Of a stretch of DNA of 64,000 nucleotides, positions 51,101 to 63,849 are shown one piece after another. Under the pieces are notes generated by a model, which ran no database searches, was not told where the DNA came from, and saw only the letters and a program-made list of their open reading frames with translations. The first letter of the stretch is position 1, and each line of letters starts with the position of its first letter. The stretch covers positions 80,972,001-81,036,000 of the forward strand of contig NC_079166.1 in NCBI RefSeq assembly GCF_947568905.1, written 5' to 3'. This DNA comes from Ostrea edulis (lineage: Eukaryota). Made by a program: the position numbers and the translations under genes.

Positions 51101-54100
51101 TGTCAGTCCAGTCATTGTTCTAGATGTAGTGTTAAAGGGACTGGTTCACATTTTTGGAAAGAAATATTTTAAAATTTTTATGTTAAAAATTTAAAATATA
51201 ACTCATTTAATGTTGACAACCAAAATTTGGACTGTCTGAATACAAGGAAAAGAGCAATATTTTATCTTTGATTTTGTGTCATCTAAACAAAGACTCGAGT
51301 CTTTTTTAATATGTAAACAAACAAACCAGTGAAACATTAATTTTGTAATTTAAAGCACTTTTATTTTGTACAATAACAAAGTTTAACTTTTAAATGACAC
51401 ATTTAACCTGAAGTATACTTGAGATGTGATTTATATAATAAACTTGGATCAATATTTATTTATTTTGAAAACTTCATAAACAATAACACACCTCAATCTT
51501 TGTTTTCAAAACAAAGATTAAACTCTCTATAATGAGCTTCTGTCATGATGATTAACCTTAATTTTTTTTGTGAAACCTTCTAAACATATTAGACTGTAGA
51601 TTTGATCATTTAAAGTGAAAAACAAAATTTTGAGGAAAATCGTGAATCAGTCCCTTTAAGCCCCACCAATGTAGACAGATTTATTTCATTTGTTATATAT
51701 ATAAATATCAATGTAGGCAAAATTTCATTTATTATATACAAATATCATGCATATTTAAAGAGAAGTACATGTATGACAAATTATTTTTTTTTTTTCCACA
51801 GGAAAGCTGCATTTATAATAGCCTGGATAATATTTGCCCTCCTGGCATACAAGGTTTCCCAGATCCACATTGAATACCAGGAGTATGATCCGTACGGAGA
51901 ACTGGGACTGGATGTTGTAAGTGCCGAAGTTCTGTCACAGAGCTCCATGTACCACATACTTAACATAAGGCCATCATTTAAAATACATTTGTTTGAGGTA
52001 CTCCGACCCACGTTTTTCAAGGTGGTTCGGTAGGTAGGTAGGTTTTTTTTTTACGTCATGAAATTTTCTAATATTTTGGAAATTTTTTTAAAATAAAGAG
52101 AATTTTCTATTTTTCAAGGGAACAAAAATAAAAAAAGTAAAGGAATTTTAAATTGCTGAAAAAAATGATCGGGTAGGAGCAAATTTAACGGGTCGGTCGG
52201 AGTACACTGTACATCAAACAAATTAATTTTTATTTTTTTTTACCTAAACCAAGAAAAAGATATATTGAACAATGTACGTTTTACACTTGAATTTTCAATG
52301 AGGCTGGGTTATGACTTTGTTACTGCAAGTGCAAATATTTCATTATTTCTCATGCACAGTGATATTCTTCCAAATTAGAATAATTTTCATTAATTTTGTT
52401 GTATTAGTAAAATTAAAAACTCAAGTTGTATGAGTTATACACCGACATGCACATTTTAAACTGAATTAATTTTTTTATTTTGATATCACTCATCAGTAGA
52501 AACTGTAGTAATATATCTAGATTTAGACTAAATAAGTTAACGTTCCTGTTCGATGTCAGGATGTCTATGAAAATATGCACTTGCATGAGATCCATGTTGT
52601 GTGATTTAGAAGCCTTCACCCTCTAGCAGTGAGGGAAGTTTACTGACACAGACCAATGTCAGTAACAAACTTCTGTCTGTAACCTAGAAGTCAGGTTGTA
52701 AGTAAATAAGTTAGAATGGCTCATCATGTATTTATATCACATGTAGCGTTTTATCAAAATAGGTATATTCTTTGTAAATTTAAGCTTTGTGAATTTCATA
52801 ATAAGTAAAGAGCTCAGCCTGTTGTCACTGGCTGCCTGGATTGAGAACATTTCTGGTCGTCTGCATTTAGAGAATTTTTGGTGTTAGTTGTCTCCCCTGG
52901 CTTCACTATAGACCCAAACCATAAAATTAAAACTGCAATAAGTATATAACCTAGCCATAACAATATATAGAATGACAATGAATGGGCACAAAAATCATGA
53001 ATTCAAAACATCATGAAAATGGACGTACACAAATAAATGAACATAACCAGGAGTAGATGTAAAGCTTTATACGGAATACAAATAATTCATGCAGTCACTT
53101 TCATTTCTTGTCCAGTGATTGAAGAGTGAATCAATGTTAATTTGAAGCTTGTCACTTTCATTTCTTGTCCAGTGATTGAAGAGTGAATCAATGTTAATTT
53201 AAATCTTGTCATTTTAGGGAGCCACAAAAGAAGAAATAAAGAAGGCGTACAAGAAACTCAGTTTGAAGTACCATCCAGACAAACCCACAGGAGACCACAA
53301 AAAGTTCATGAAAATCGCAAAGGCTTATACCGCGTAAGTTTGTGTGACTTTTGTATCATTATCAGCAGATCATGGTGGACATGTATGAATCATCCTGTCT
53401 GGAGTCTGTCTGGAGTTTTCTGAGATCTGTCTGGAGTCCATCTGGAGTTTTCTGAGATCTGTCTCACTCTGGAATCCAGAATCTGTCTGCTTAGATAGAG
53501 ACATTTTTACAGTTGAACACTAGTAAATGAAATATTCTTGGAACATCCTAGTCTTCTAGATGTTTGCAGTCTCACACTAGTCAAAATATCTTTCTAAACC
53601 ATGAATGGTAATCAAAAGGCACTTATATTCCTCATGGTGCTCGGATGTGAATGAGTAATCTAAAAATGGATTGGATCCATTTGAATGCACATTAACATAT
53701 ATAGATGTAACTGTATCTTGTTTGAAGTGCAGGAGTAAATAACATTCACATACAAAACGGTGCTGTACAAGATGAAGGACTGTGTGAGAGTACACATGTA
53801 TGTAGACCGTAAAACATAGTGATTTCTATTTATAGATTGACAGACGAAGAAACAAGGAAGATTTGGGAGGAGAGTGGTGACCCTGATGGACCAGGAGGTA
53901 AGACTTAGGGGATGGATCCAGGAGATTTAGGAGGTGGATGCAAGAAGTTAGATGTACATGTAGATAGTGGATTGATATAGGAAGATTTATAAAGGAAATT
54001 TATGGCATAGAATTTAGGTATGGGACGGAGGGGAAACAAATGCAGGGGTGAATCCAGGATATAAGAGATAAGTAATATTTAGGACGCAGATTTAGAAAAT

Positions 54101-55783
54101 ACTGTAATATTTAGGAGGCAGATTTAGAAGGCAGATCTAGGTAGTAATATTTGGGAAGCAGATTCAGGCAGTAGTAATTAGAACACCAATTTAGAAGTTA
54201 ATAATATGTACTGTGTAGGAGGCAGATCCAGATTGTTACAAATGGCTGATAAAAAAATCTTCACAACAAGCAATGTTCAGAAGTAATCCAAAACCCATGA
54301 CTAAAATCAACAACTTACATGGACCAAAACCCACGACTAAAATTAACAACTTACATGGAAATGAAATGTATTGGTTTGCAGTAACTAAATTCATGGGGGA
54401 AAAAATCTGCTTGCAAAATCTTGGAAGATATGATATTTTTTAAAACTGTAAATCCAATGGTCCTCAGTGATACACAATATCTTATTTCAAAAATGAAGTG
54501 GTGAGGTTTGACGTTTTCTTTACATGTAATTTTTCTTAATGAATTAAAATTATTTTTTAGTCACAAGATTTGGTATAGCCCTGCCTAAGTGGATCGTGGA
54601 GAAGCAGAATTCTATGTGGGTAAGTATTAGGTTATTGGACAAATAACAGGCACATGTTTAAACTAAAATTGTCGTAATTCTGTAGTTATGAGAGGACAAC
54701 GGGGAAAAAACTTAAGGACTTATAGTGTTCATATTGAAATCCTTTTTGTAGTTGATATTGCGTTTTCTGGAATTCCTCATCTTGTTTAATGTTATAAGAG
54801 TTAAGGAACTTCTTAAGTCTTATTAGTGGATAGTAGCAATATTATGTATTTATGTTTAGGGAGAGGGCTCAGATTGACTCGGCCTGATGTCCAATCCTTT
54901 TTAGGTTACCCAGGTAATTTATTGCAGTCCTTGTTTTTGAACACTTTTTACTTCTTGAATTATGCATGGCTAATTTTCACCAAAATTTATGTGAAATGCC
55001 TTTTTGGGATGGGGAGGGGGGGAGGCAAAAAGTTTGAATATCAAGCACAAGAACAGTGCATGCTTTGATGACGAACATGGAGATGTCAACCAGATTTGTA
55101 AAACTTGTGGCTCTAGGGTCCTAGGAAGGAGATCACTGACTGAAAATGAATGAAATTCTGAAATAGTTCTGAAAGTTCCTCTAAAATTCCATTAAAATTA
55201 GAAATTGATAACTCCTAGGTTTCAGTCCCAGCCCTTTTAAACTAAAAACACATTTACATCTTTAACATCTTGAAAATACTCTTTAATGCTGAACATTTAG
55301 TTCTTTTAGATCTTGAACATCATCAAAATACTGTTTAATGCTGAGTATCTAGTTAGTACTTTGACTATGACCAGACGATGTTTCATGATCCTTAGGCTGA
55401 AGTAATGTTGTTTAATTAGGTGAAGGTCATTATTTTAGAAAATGTTCTTTTAGTGTGTTTTTGAATCCTTCTCTAAATATTATTTGATGAACTGTGTAGT
55501 GATATTGACAAATGAAATAATCATTGTTTGAAATAGAAAAGAAATATTTTGTCTTGGCCACAACTTGGCATCTGAGAGATGGCAGCTGCTCATACTCGAT
55601 TCAATACAAGGGATGTTAGGAATACAATCTTGTTTGTTTTTTTGTTGTTTTTTTTTTATCATAACAAAGGGCATCCATTTCTCAGAGTTTTAAACATCCT
55701 CTCTTGTACCATCTGCACACAACACGTTTAACATTTACTTAGTATGATACAGAGGTTACCATTAAGGCCCATGGGCCTCTTGT

Positions 55784-55840
<57 letters not shown>

Positions 55841-58800
55841 GATAGCCATTTTCTCATGAATGTATTGCAGTTGTAAACAATGCACATATGAATACAGATA
55901 AATATAGTACATCTGTATGAATGGCAGGGAATTATAACATTAATGAAGGTATTTAATGTATATTTAAGAAATATTCTTCAATTTTTTTAAAATACATGAA
56001 AGTATGAACTCCAACGCTTCATGCTTCACAAAGTACGCCGAAGTGAGGCATCACAGTTCATACACAAAGTACGCCGAAGTGAAGTGTCGCAGTTCATACA
56101 CAAAGTACGCCGAAGTGAGGCATCACAGTTCATACACAAAGTACGCCGAAGTGAGGCATCGCAGTTCATACACAAAGTACGCCGAAGTGAGGCATCGCAG
56201 TTCATACACAAAGTACGCCGAAGTGAGGCATCGCAGTTCATACACAAAGTACGCCGAAGTGAGGCATCGCAGTTCATACACAAAGTACGCCGAAGTGAGG
56301 CATCGCAGTTCATACACAAAGTACGCCGAAGTGAGGCATCACAGTTCATACACAAAGTACGCCGAAGTGAGGCATCGCAGTTCATACACAAAGTATGCCG
56401 AAGTGAAGTGTCACAGTTCATACACAAAGTACGCTGAAGTGAGGCATCACAGTTCATTCACTCACAAAGTACGCCAAAGTGAAGTGTTACAGTTTATACA
56501 CTCGTGTATTTTCAAAAAATGAAATCTATATCTTAAATATTCAAATATGTTTAGATGTGATAAAGTGAATAAAGTTTTGTTTGAATACGATGCAGTAAGT
56601 TGTATTTTTTGTGTGCAGGTGCTGTTGGTGTACGGCCTGTTGTTTATGGTCCTGTTACCGGTGGTTGTGGTGAGTGGTCATTCAGTAGTTCTACTAACAT
56701 CAGTGTTAAGGAGATCCATCAGTAGGCTCTACTATTAAGTTCTATGTGAAGGAAATCAAGTATCCAGCTTCCCAAGAAGTTTGTCAAATTTGTAAATCTT
56801 CCATGTCAATACATCTTTTAGAAAATTTTACTCCAATTTTCCTTTTTGAAATGCACTTGAAGCAGTCAGAAGGCTGTTATCTGCAATAATAAAATGACAT
56901 TTCTTTGATTTAAAGCTGTGTTTGTTTTGTTTACAGGGTGTGTGGTGGTACCGCTCCATCAAGTTCTCCAAGGACCAGGTTCTGTTAGACACCACCAGGC
57001 TGTACTACTATTTCTTCCAGAAAAACCCAAACATGATTCTCAAACGTAAGTATGACCGTGACTGAAATCTAAACATAATTCTCAAACGTAAGTATGACCG
57101 TGACTGAAATCTAAACATAATTCTCAAACGTAAGTATGACCGTGACTGAAATCTAAACATGATTCTCAAACGTAAGTATGACCGTGACTGAAATCTAAAC
57201 ATGATTCTCAAACGTAAGTATGACCATGACTGAAATCTAAACATGATTCTCAAACGTAAGTATGACTGTGACTGAAATCTAAACATGATTCTCAAACGTA
57301 AGTATGACCGTGACTAAAACCCAAACATGATTCTCAAACGTAAGTATGACTGTGACTGAAATCTAAACATGATTCTCAAACGTAAGTATGACTGTGACTG
57401 AAATCTAAACATGATTCTCAAACGTAAGTATGACCGTGACTGAAATCTAAACATGATTCTCAAACGTAAGTATGACCGTGACTGAAATCTAAACATGATT
57501 CTCAAACGTAAGTATGACCGTGACTGAAATCTAAACATGATTCTCAAACGTAAGTATGACTGTGACTGAAATCTAAACATGATTCTCAAACGTAAGTATG
57601 ACCGTGACTGAAATCTAAACATGATTCTCAAACGTAAGTATGACCGTGACTAAAATCTAAACATGATTCTCAAACGTAAGTATGACCGTGTCTCTTAACA
57701 TGATTCTCAAACGTAAGTATGACTGTGACTGAAATCTAAACATGATTCTCAAACCTAAGTATGACTGTGACTAAAATCTAAGCATGATTCTCAAACGTAA
57801 GTATGACCGTGACTAAAATCTAAACATGATTCTCAAACGTAAGTATGACCGTGACTAAAATCTAAACATGATTCTCAAACGTAAGTATGACCTTGACTAA
57901 AATCTTAACATGACTCTCAAACGTAAGTATGACAGTGACTAAAATCTAAACATGATTCTCAAATGGAAACTGATCGTGACTAAAATCTAAACATGATTCT
58001 CAAACAGAAGTAAGGCCACGACTAAAATCTAAACATGATTCTCAAACCTAAGTATGGCCATGACTAAGACCCAAACATGATTCTCAAACATAAGCATGAC
58101 CGCGACTAAGACCCAAACATGATTCTCAAACATAAGCATGACCGCGACTAAGACCCAAACATGATTTTTTGAACTGTACGCATGGCTGCTACAAAAAGTC
58201 AAAAAAGATTCTAAATTGCAAAACTGTTTTATTCAAATGCCACATTGAGAGATAGTCTGTGCAGAAACATGGTGAATATGTGATCAGCATCATTAATCAT
58301 GTTGATACCGTAATGACTATTAAAGTGGTCCACATACGTATTTTTGTAGCTACATGTATTGAATCATCATGCTTGGTAATGTTGATACCACATTTACTGT
58401 ATACATCAGGACAGTAATGGTGGCGGCTGATCTTCCTTGTTTGAAATAAAACTTTGTGTACCAGTGGCTCGTTGAAATTGATTTTTTTATGTTGAGCAGG
58501 AGTGATAATGGTTCTGGCTGGATCTTTTGAGTTTGATAAATTCCACAATGCAGAGATCATTGAGAGACCAAGTGACAATGAAGAAGTCCCTATGGTAAGA
58601 TTATATTAATGTTGGTGATGAAACTTGACATACATGTAGTTTCATTTCAAAGTATGTATTTTCATAATGCTTAAATGTTTGTGGTTGAAATTAAAGGTTG
58701 CATGTAAGTTACATGATAAATTGTACATGTAAAATGCGTTTCTTTTTGCAGCTCATTAAACGGTTGCCGAATCTGGATGAGAAGAATAAGGAGAAGCCCC

Positions 58801-60209
58801 TGTGTTATCCTTACAGTGTCAAGGCCAGGGCTCTCCTCCATGCTCACTTCCAGAGACTTGACCTACCCCCCGACACACTGGCTGTTGGTATGTACACCCC
58901 TGACACTGGCTTTTGGTATGCACACACACACAACCACCCCCCGAGATACTGGCTATTGGTATGTACATACCCCCCCCCACTGTAACACCTGCTAATTTTA
59001 ATGAAACAGGCAGTACTGTTGACTTCACACATTCAAATGGAGGCAAGTTGTGCATGATAATGTGTAGTATTGTCCAACATTTGTAATTTATGTGTGGTAA
59101 ATTGCACATTTTATACACACACATAATATTTTACCATTACAGATGTGAACTTTAGGCCAAGTAAAATTAATTAGTAGATTATCATTCCCGCCCGCCCCTC
59201 GAAAATCGCCCCACCCCGATTTTTTTTATTTTTCAAAATTACGATTTCCGAATATTTTTATGTCTGGTCCGGTATCGTAAACATACTTTGTTTCACTTTG
59301 CCTTTTAGAAACCCAAATACACATGTAATTATGATTTATAAAGCCTTTTCTCAATGAGAGAAGGCATTTTCGAGGTCAAGAATACCATGGCGAAAAATAA
59401 AAAAATAAAATCCTCCCACCCGCCCCATTTTTTTGTGAAGTTTGAATGATAAACTACTAATTAATTTTACTTGGCCTTACTCCCAGTGTTAATAACCAAT
59501 ATCCTAGTCACTGTTCAAAACCTGGAAATTACTGCAATTTGTGCAATCCCATGAGGAAATATTAAATCTCGATTAGTAACACGTGTAACATTTAGTCAAT
59601 AAGGAAATATTCAGTCTCGACTAGATTTGTAACTCGTGTAACATTTAGTCAATGAGGAAATATTCAGTCTCGGCTAGATTTGTAACTTATGTAACATTTA
59701 GTCAATAAGGAAATATTCAGTCTCGACTAGATTTGTAACTCGTGCAACATTTAGTCAATAAGGAAATATTCAGTCTTGACTAGATTTGTAACTCGTGTAA
59801 CATTTAGTCAATAAGGAAATATTCAGTCTCGACTAGATTTGTAACTCGTGTAACATTTAGTCAATAAGGAAATATTCAGTCTCGACTAGATTTGTAACTC
59901 GTGTAACATTTAGTCAATAAGGAAATATTCAGTCTCGGCTAGATTTGTAACTTATGTAACATTTAGTCAATAAGGAAATATTCAGTCTCGACTAGATTTG
60001 TAACTCGTGCAACATTTAGTCAATAAGGAAATATTCAGTCTCAACTAGATTTGTTGCTTGTGTAACATTTAGTCAATAAGGAAATATTCAGCCTCGACTA
60101 GATTTGTAACAAGTGTAACATTTAGTCAATAATTAAATATTCAGTCTCCACTAGATTTGTAATACATGTAACATTTAGTCAATAAGGGCTATTCCAGAAA
60201 TAAATACAT

Positions 60210-60243
<34 letters not shown>

Positions 60244-63200
60244 AGGCACCTTTTGTATATACCAAGCACCCATAAACTCATTTTACAATGACCCATCTAA
60301 AAAAAAAAATTAAAAAAAACTAACCAGACCCACCACAAAAATATTTTTAAAAATGAAAACGGTACAAATCTCGCAAGGTTTTCGGGACAAACATTCTAGT
60401 CAATGACGCGGTAATGCCTGTGCGACATTGTATCACAGTAGTTCTGAAGAAACGATGTCGCATCAACAATCAAAGGCATCTATGGCGGGAATGTTGGAAA
60501 GATTTGGAGTCCAAACGATGCTATTATCATGAAATGGGTATGGATATGTTTTTCCACGAATCGTTCGTCGTCTAATGGAGCCCGCGCCCGGAGGCCTCTA
60601 TATCACCATCACACCGACTGATAAATATAACGCATCGGTACCCTCGTATAAATCAACTAAGATTTGCCTGTTTTTATTAGAAAACGGAATACCTATTGGT
60701 TTCAAAATATTCCCAAAATCGATGCACTGTAAACTGTAATAATCTACAGAACAGAGTTCGCCGCCATCACGTCCAAAGGGACCCTACTAAACGCGCCTCT
60801 AATTTGAAGAGTGCCGTAATGGAAAGTGATGCGCTGCAAAGAGCGACAACTCGAATAGTTCTATGTTACTTCCGATTTCGAAAGCAGCATTTCGAAAGCA
60901 CGTTTTCAATTTTCCCTCCGACGTATTGTAACCAACACGACAAGAGCGACAATAAAAATATTCTGAAAACTCAACACCCACGTGGCACAAAATAAAACAA
61001 TAGAAACTACCCACTACCCATAATAAATATTTTTTTAACAGTCCAACCACGGACCAATTAAAATATGAAAAAATACGACCACCCACACAAAAAAATATCA
61101 TTTGCCACCCGACCCCCCCATTTGATCATTTCTGGAACAGCCCTAAGGAAATATTCAGTCTCTACTAGATTTGTAACAAGTGTAACATTTAGTCAATAAT
61201 TAAATATTCAGTCTCGACTAGATTTGTAATATGTGTAACATTTAGTCAGTAAGGAAATATTCAGTCTCAACTAGATTTGTAATACGTGTAACATTTAGTC
61301 AGTAAGGAAATATTCAGTCTCAACTAGATTTGTAATACGTGTAACATTTAGTTGATAAGGAAATATTCAGTCTCCACTAGATTTGTAACAAGTGTAACAT
61401 TTAGTCAATAAGGAAATATTCAGTCTCGACTAGATTTGTAACAAGTGTAACATTTAGTTGATATGGAAATATTTAGTCTCAACTAGATTTGTAACAAGTG
61501 TGACATTTAGTCAATAAGGAAATTATTTTCAATGATATTCCTTGAATTTTGCAGACCAAGTCTTTGTGGTGAAGAAGTGTCCTTACCTGATCAATGAAAT
61601 GGTGAATGTGATTGCACAGCTTGTGGCTGGAGCTCACAGAAATGGTATACTACATTCCTCAGTTCTCTCATGACAAAGATTAACCACATATTATTCTCAA
61701 ACTTGTTTAAATTCGGTACTTCTTATGTAAAACTTTGAGTAGACTTTGCTATGAGGATATTCCAAGTTACAAGGAAGGAACCAATGTCTAAAACATGTTT
61801 TAAATTTTGATACCTCTTATGTAAAACTTTGATTAGACTTTGTTATGAGGATATTTCAAGTTTGAAAGGAAGGAAAAAGTTTGTTATAGTAATTGCTAAT
61901 CCTAAGATTGAGTATATCTATGACATCTAAATACGTGTACCCATTTGATGCTAATGCTAAACTGGTCTTTTGTCAGAGAACTTGTACAGTTTAGTGATTG
62001 TTTTTTCTGTAGCGGTTCAGTACAGAGAACTTGTACAGTTTAGTGATTGTTTTTTGTGTAGCGGTTCAGTACAGAGAACTAGTACAGTTTAGTGATTGTT
62101 TTTTGTGTAGCGGTTCAGTACAGAGAACTTGTACAGTTTAGTGATTGTTTTTTGTGTAGCGGTTCAGTACAGAGAACTAGTACAGTTTAGTGATTGGTTT
62201 TTGTGTAGCGGTTCAGTACAGAGAACTAGTACAGTTTAGGGATTGGTTTTTGTGTAGCGGTTCAGTACAGAGAACTAGTACAGTTTAGTGATTGGTTTTT
62301 GTGTAGCGGTTCAGTACAGAGAACTTGTACAGTTTAGTGATTGGTTTTTCTGTAGCGGTTCAGTACATGCCACGGCTGGAGACTGTGGAGAACTGTATGA
62401 AACTGTCCCAGATGTTGATACAGGGCGTGGACCAGAGAACCAGTCCTCTCTTACAGCTGCCTCACCTCACACAGGACATGCTGAAACACTTCACCACCAA
62501 AAAGGTGGGTACCAGTTTATTACTGGGTACCAGTTCATTACTGACAAAAAGTTGGTTTCCATTTCATTACTGACAAAAAGGTGGGTACCAGTTCATTACT
62601 GACAAAAAGGTGGGTACCAGTTCATTACTGACAAAAAGTTGGTTTCCATTTCATTACTGACAAAAAGGTGGGTACCATTTCTTTACTGACAAAAAGGTGG
62701 GTACCAGTTCATCACTGACAAAAAGGTGAGTACCAGTTCATTACTGACAAAAAGGTGGGTACCAGTTCATTACTGACAAAAAGGTGGGTACCATTTCTTC
62801 AGTGACAAAAAGGTGGGTACCAGTTCATTACTGACAAAAAGGTGGGTACCAGTTCATTACTGACAAAAAGGTGGGTACCATGTCTTTACTGACAAAAAGG
62901 TGGGTACCAGTTCATTACTGACAAAAAGGTGGGTACCAGTTCATTACTGACAAAAAGGTGGGTACCATGTCTTTACTGACAAAAAGGTGGGTACCAGTTC
63001 ATTACTGACAAAAAGGTGGGTACCAGTTCATTACTGACAAAAAGGTGGGTACCAGTTCATTACTGACAAGAAGGTGGGTACCATTTCTTTACTGACAGTA
63101 GGCATTTCTAGGGTGAATTTAGTGAATCTTAAGATTATTCTTTTAATCCTCCCAAGGCTGGATCATGATATTTTCTACTGGAATCCAAGCCAATACTGTG

Positions 63201-63566
63201 ACAGATATGAAAAACTCTTAAATCTTCTCTATGAATTTTCAAGGAATTGATTTCATGTACATATGATTGGTTTGCTCTATGAAAACATTGTTTGATATAG
63301 AAACTTTTTTATCTATTCCCTGTTCTTGAAGGGTGCCGCCACCTACCAAGTCCTTAAACACCTGTGGTGTGTTTTTTGTACGATGTTTTAGTTACGTTGA
63401 TGTGTTTGTGAATTGTAGAGACATATTCAGAGAATTCGTGATTTGATTGGCATGAAGGAGGAAGATCGACGCTCACTTCTACGACATATGACATCAGATG
63501 AATATCGTGACATCATCAACGTCTGTGCATCGCTACCATACGTTAAGATGGAAGTTCACTCAACAG
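48138..63566 (+). CDS. SEC63: SEC63 translocon J-domain protein homolog, exons 1-13 (3'-partial, continues beyond window)
   Basis: Phase-consistent GT-AG exons: 48138-48261, 50101-50206, 51802-51916, 53218-53333, 53836-53897, 54561-54619, 56619-56669, 56937-57045, 58500-58594, 58752-58887, 61555-61644, 62356-62504, 63419-63566. The translation starts [29 protein letters not shown], has a J-domain with HPD (KYHPDKPTG), [15 protein letters not shown], then the Sec63/Brl domain ([37 protein letters not shown]). These motifs match SEC63 from memory. Confidence 0.97.
49045..49335 (+). mobile_element. tRNA-derived SINE (degenerate) in SEC63 intron 1
   Basis: B-box ggttcgatccc, a central ggtttcctccc motif typical of conserved SINE core domains, and an AT-rich tail. 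Confidence 0.6.
51132..51659. mobile_element. Kolobok-like non-autonomous DNA transposon (TTAA TSD)
   Basis: TTAA|agggactggttcac ... gtgaatcagtccct|TTAA. Confidence 0.8.
56020..56480. repeat. 30-bp minisatellite (cacaaagtacgccgaagtgaggcatcgcagttcata-type) inside a MITE-like element
   Basis: About 15 copies, bounded by inverted ends aaaatacatgaaagtatgaact / agtttatacactcgtgtatttt. Confidence 0.93.
57028..58165. repeat. 42-bp array at SEC63 exon 8 donor (~27 copies)
   Basis: Unit aaacatgattctcaaac|gtaagtatgaccgtgactgaaatct. Confidence 0.96.
59152..59479. mobile_element. PIF/Harbinger-type MITE (TTA TSD)
   Basis: TTA|ggccaagtaaaattaattagtag ... ctactaattaattttacttggcc|TTA. Confidence 0.85.
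59550..61525. repeat. 53-bp satellite (aaggaaatattcagtctcgactagatttgtaactcgtgtaacatttagtcaat) interrupted by a MITE
   Basis: Tandem copies on both sides of 60186-61143. Confidence 0.95.
60183..61146. mobile_element. PIF/Harbinger-type MITE (TAA TSD), 958 bp, inserted in the 53-bp satellite
   Basis: TAA|gggctattccagaaat ... atttctggaacagccc|TAA; contains a G33 run. Confidence 0.85.
61972..62366. repeat. 49-bp array at SEC63 exon 12 acceptor (8 copies)
   Basis: tgtag|cggttcagtaca recurs every 49 bp from 62013 to 62356. Confidence 0.95.
62495..63095. repeat. 29-bp array at SEC63 exon 12 donor (~20 copies)
   Basis: Unit aaaaag|gtgggtaccagttcattactgac. Confidence 0.95.
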
Positions 63567-63849
63567 GTAAGGGAGGAACCATGGACGTTATTTTGTTTTA
63601 CTTCTAGTGTTAAACATTTGTTAACTCTGTACTCGGTGGTATTTATATCATAAATATCATAGTCAGTAGTGTTTAAATGGCAGGTGCTTTAATGACGAAA
63701 TACTACTCGTACATAAGTATTTGACAGTTGCATCTATTGTACTGCAGAGTGATGCTTTATTAGAGCTATTCAGTGCTTTTGAATTTAAATGATACAAACA
63801 TTGAAGATGTCATGAAATGTACATTCACAATAATTAGAGTGTATTGGAT

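Noticed and set aside
56004-56522. Repeat ORFs at 56.0, 57.0, 38.4, 33.0, 22.6, 13.6, 2.1 and 1.1 kb
   Set aside because: All are translations of tandem repeats, several lying inside introns of genes on defined strands.
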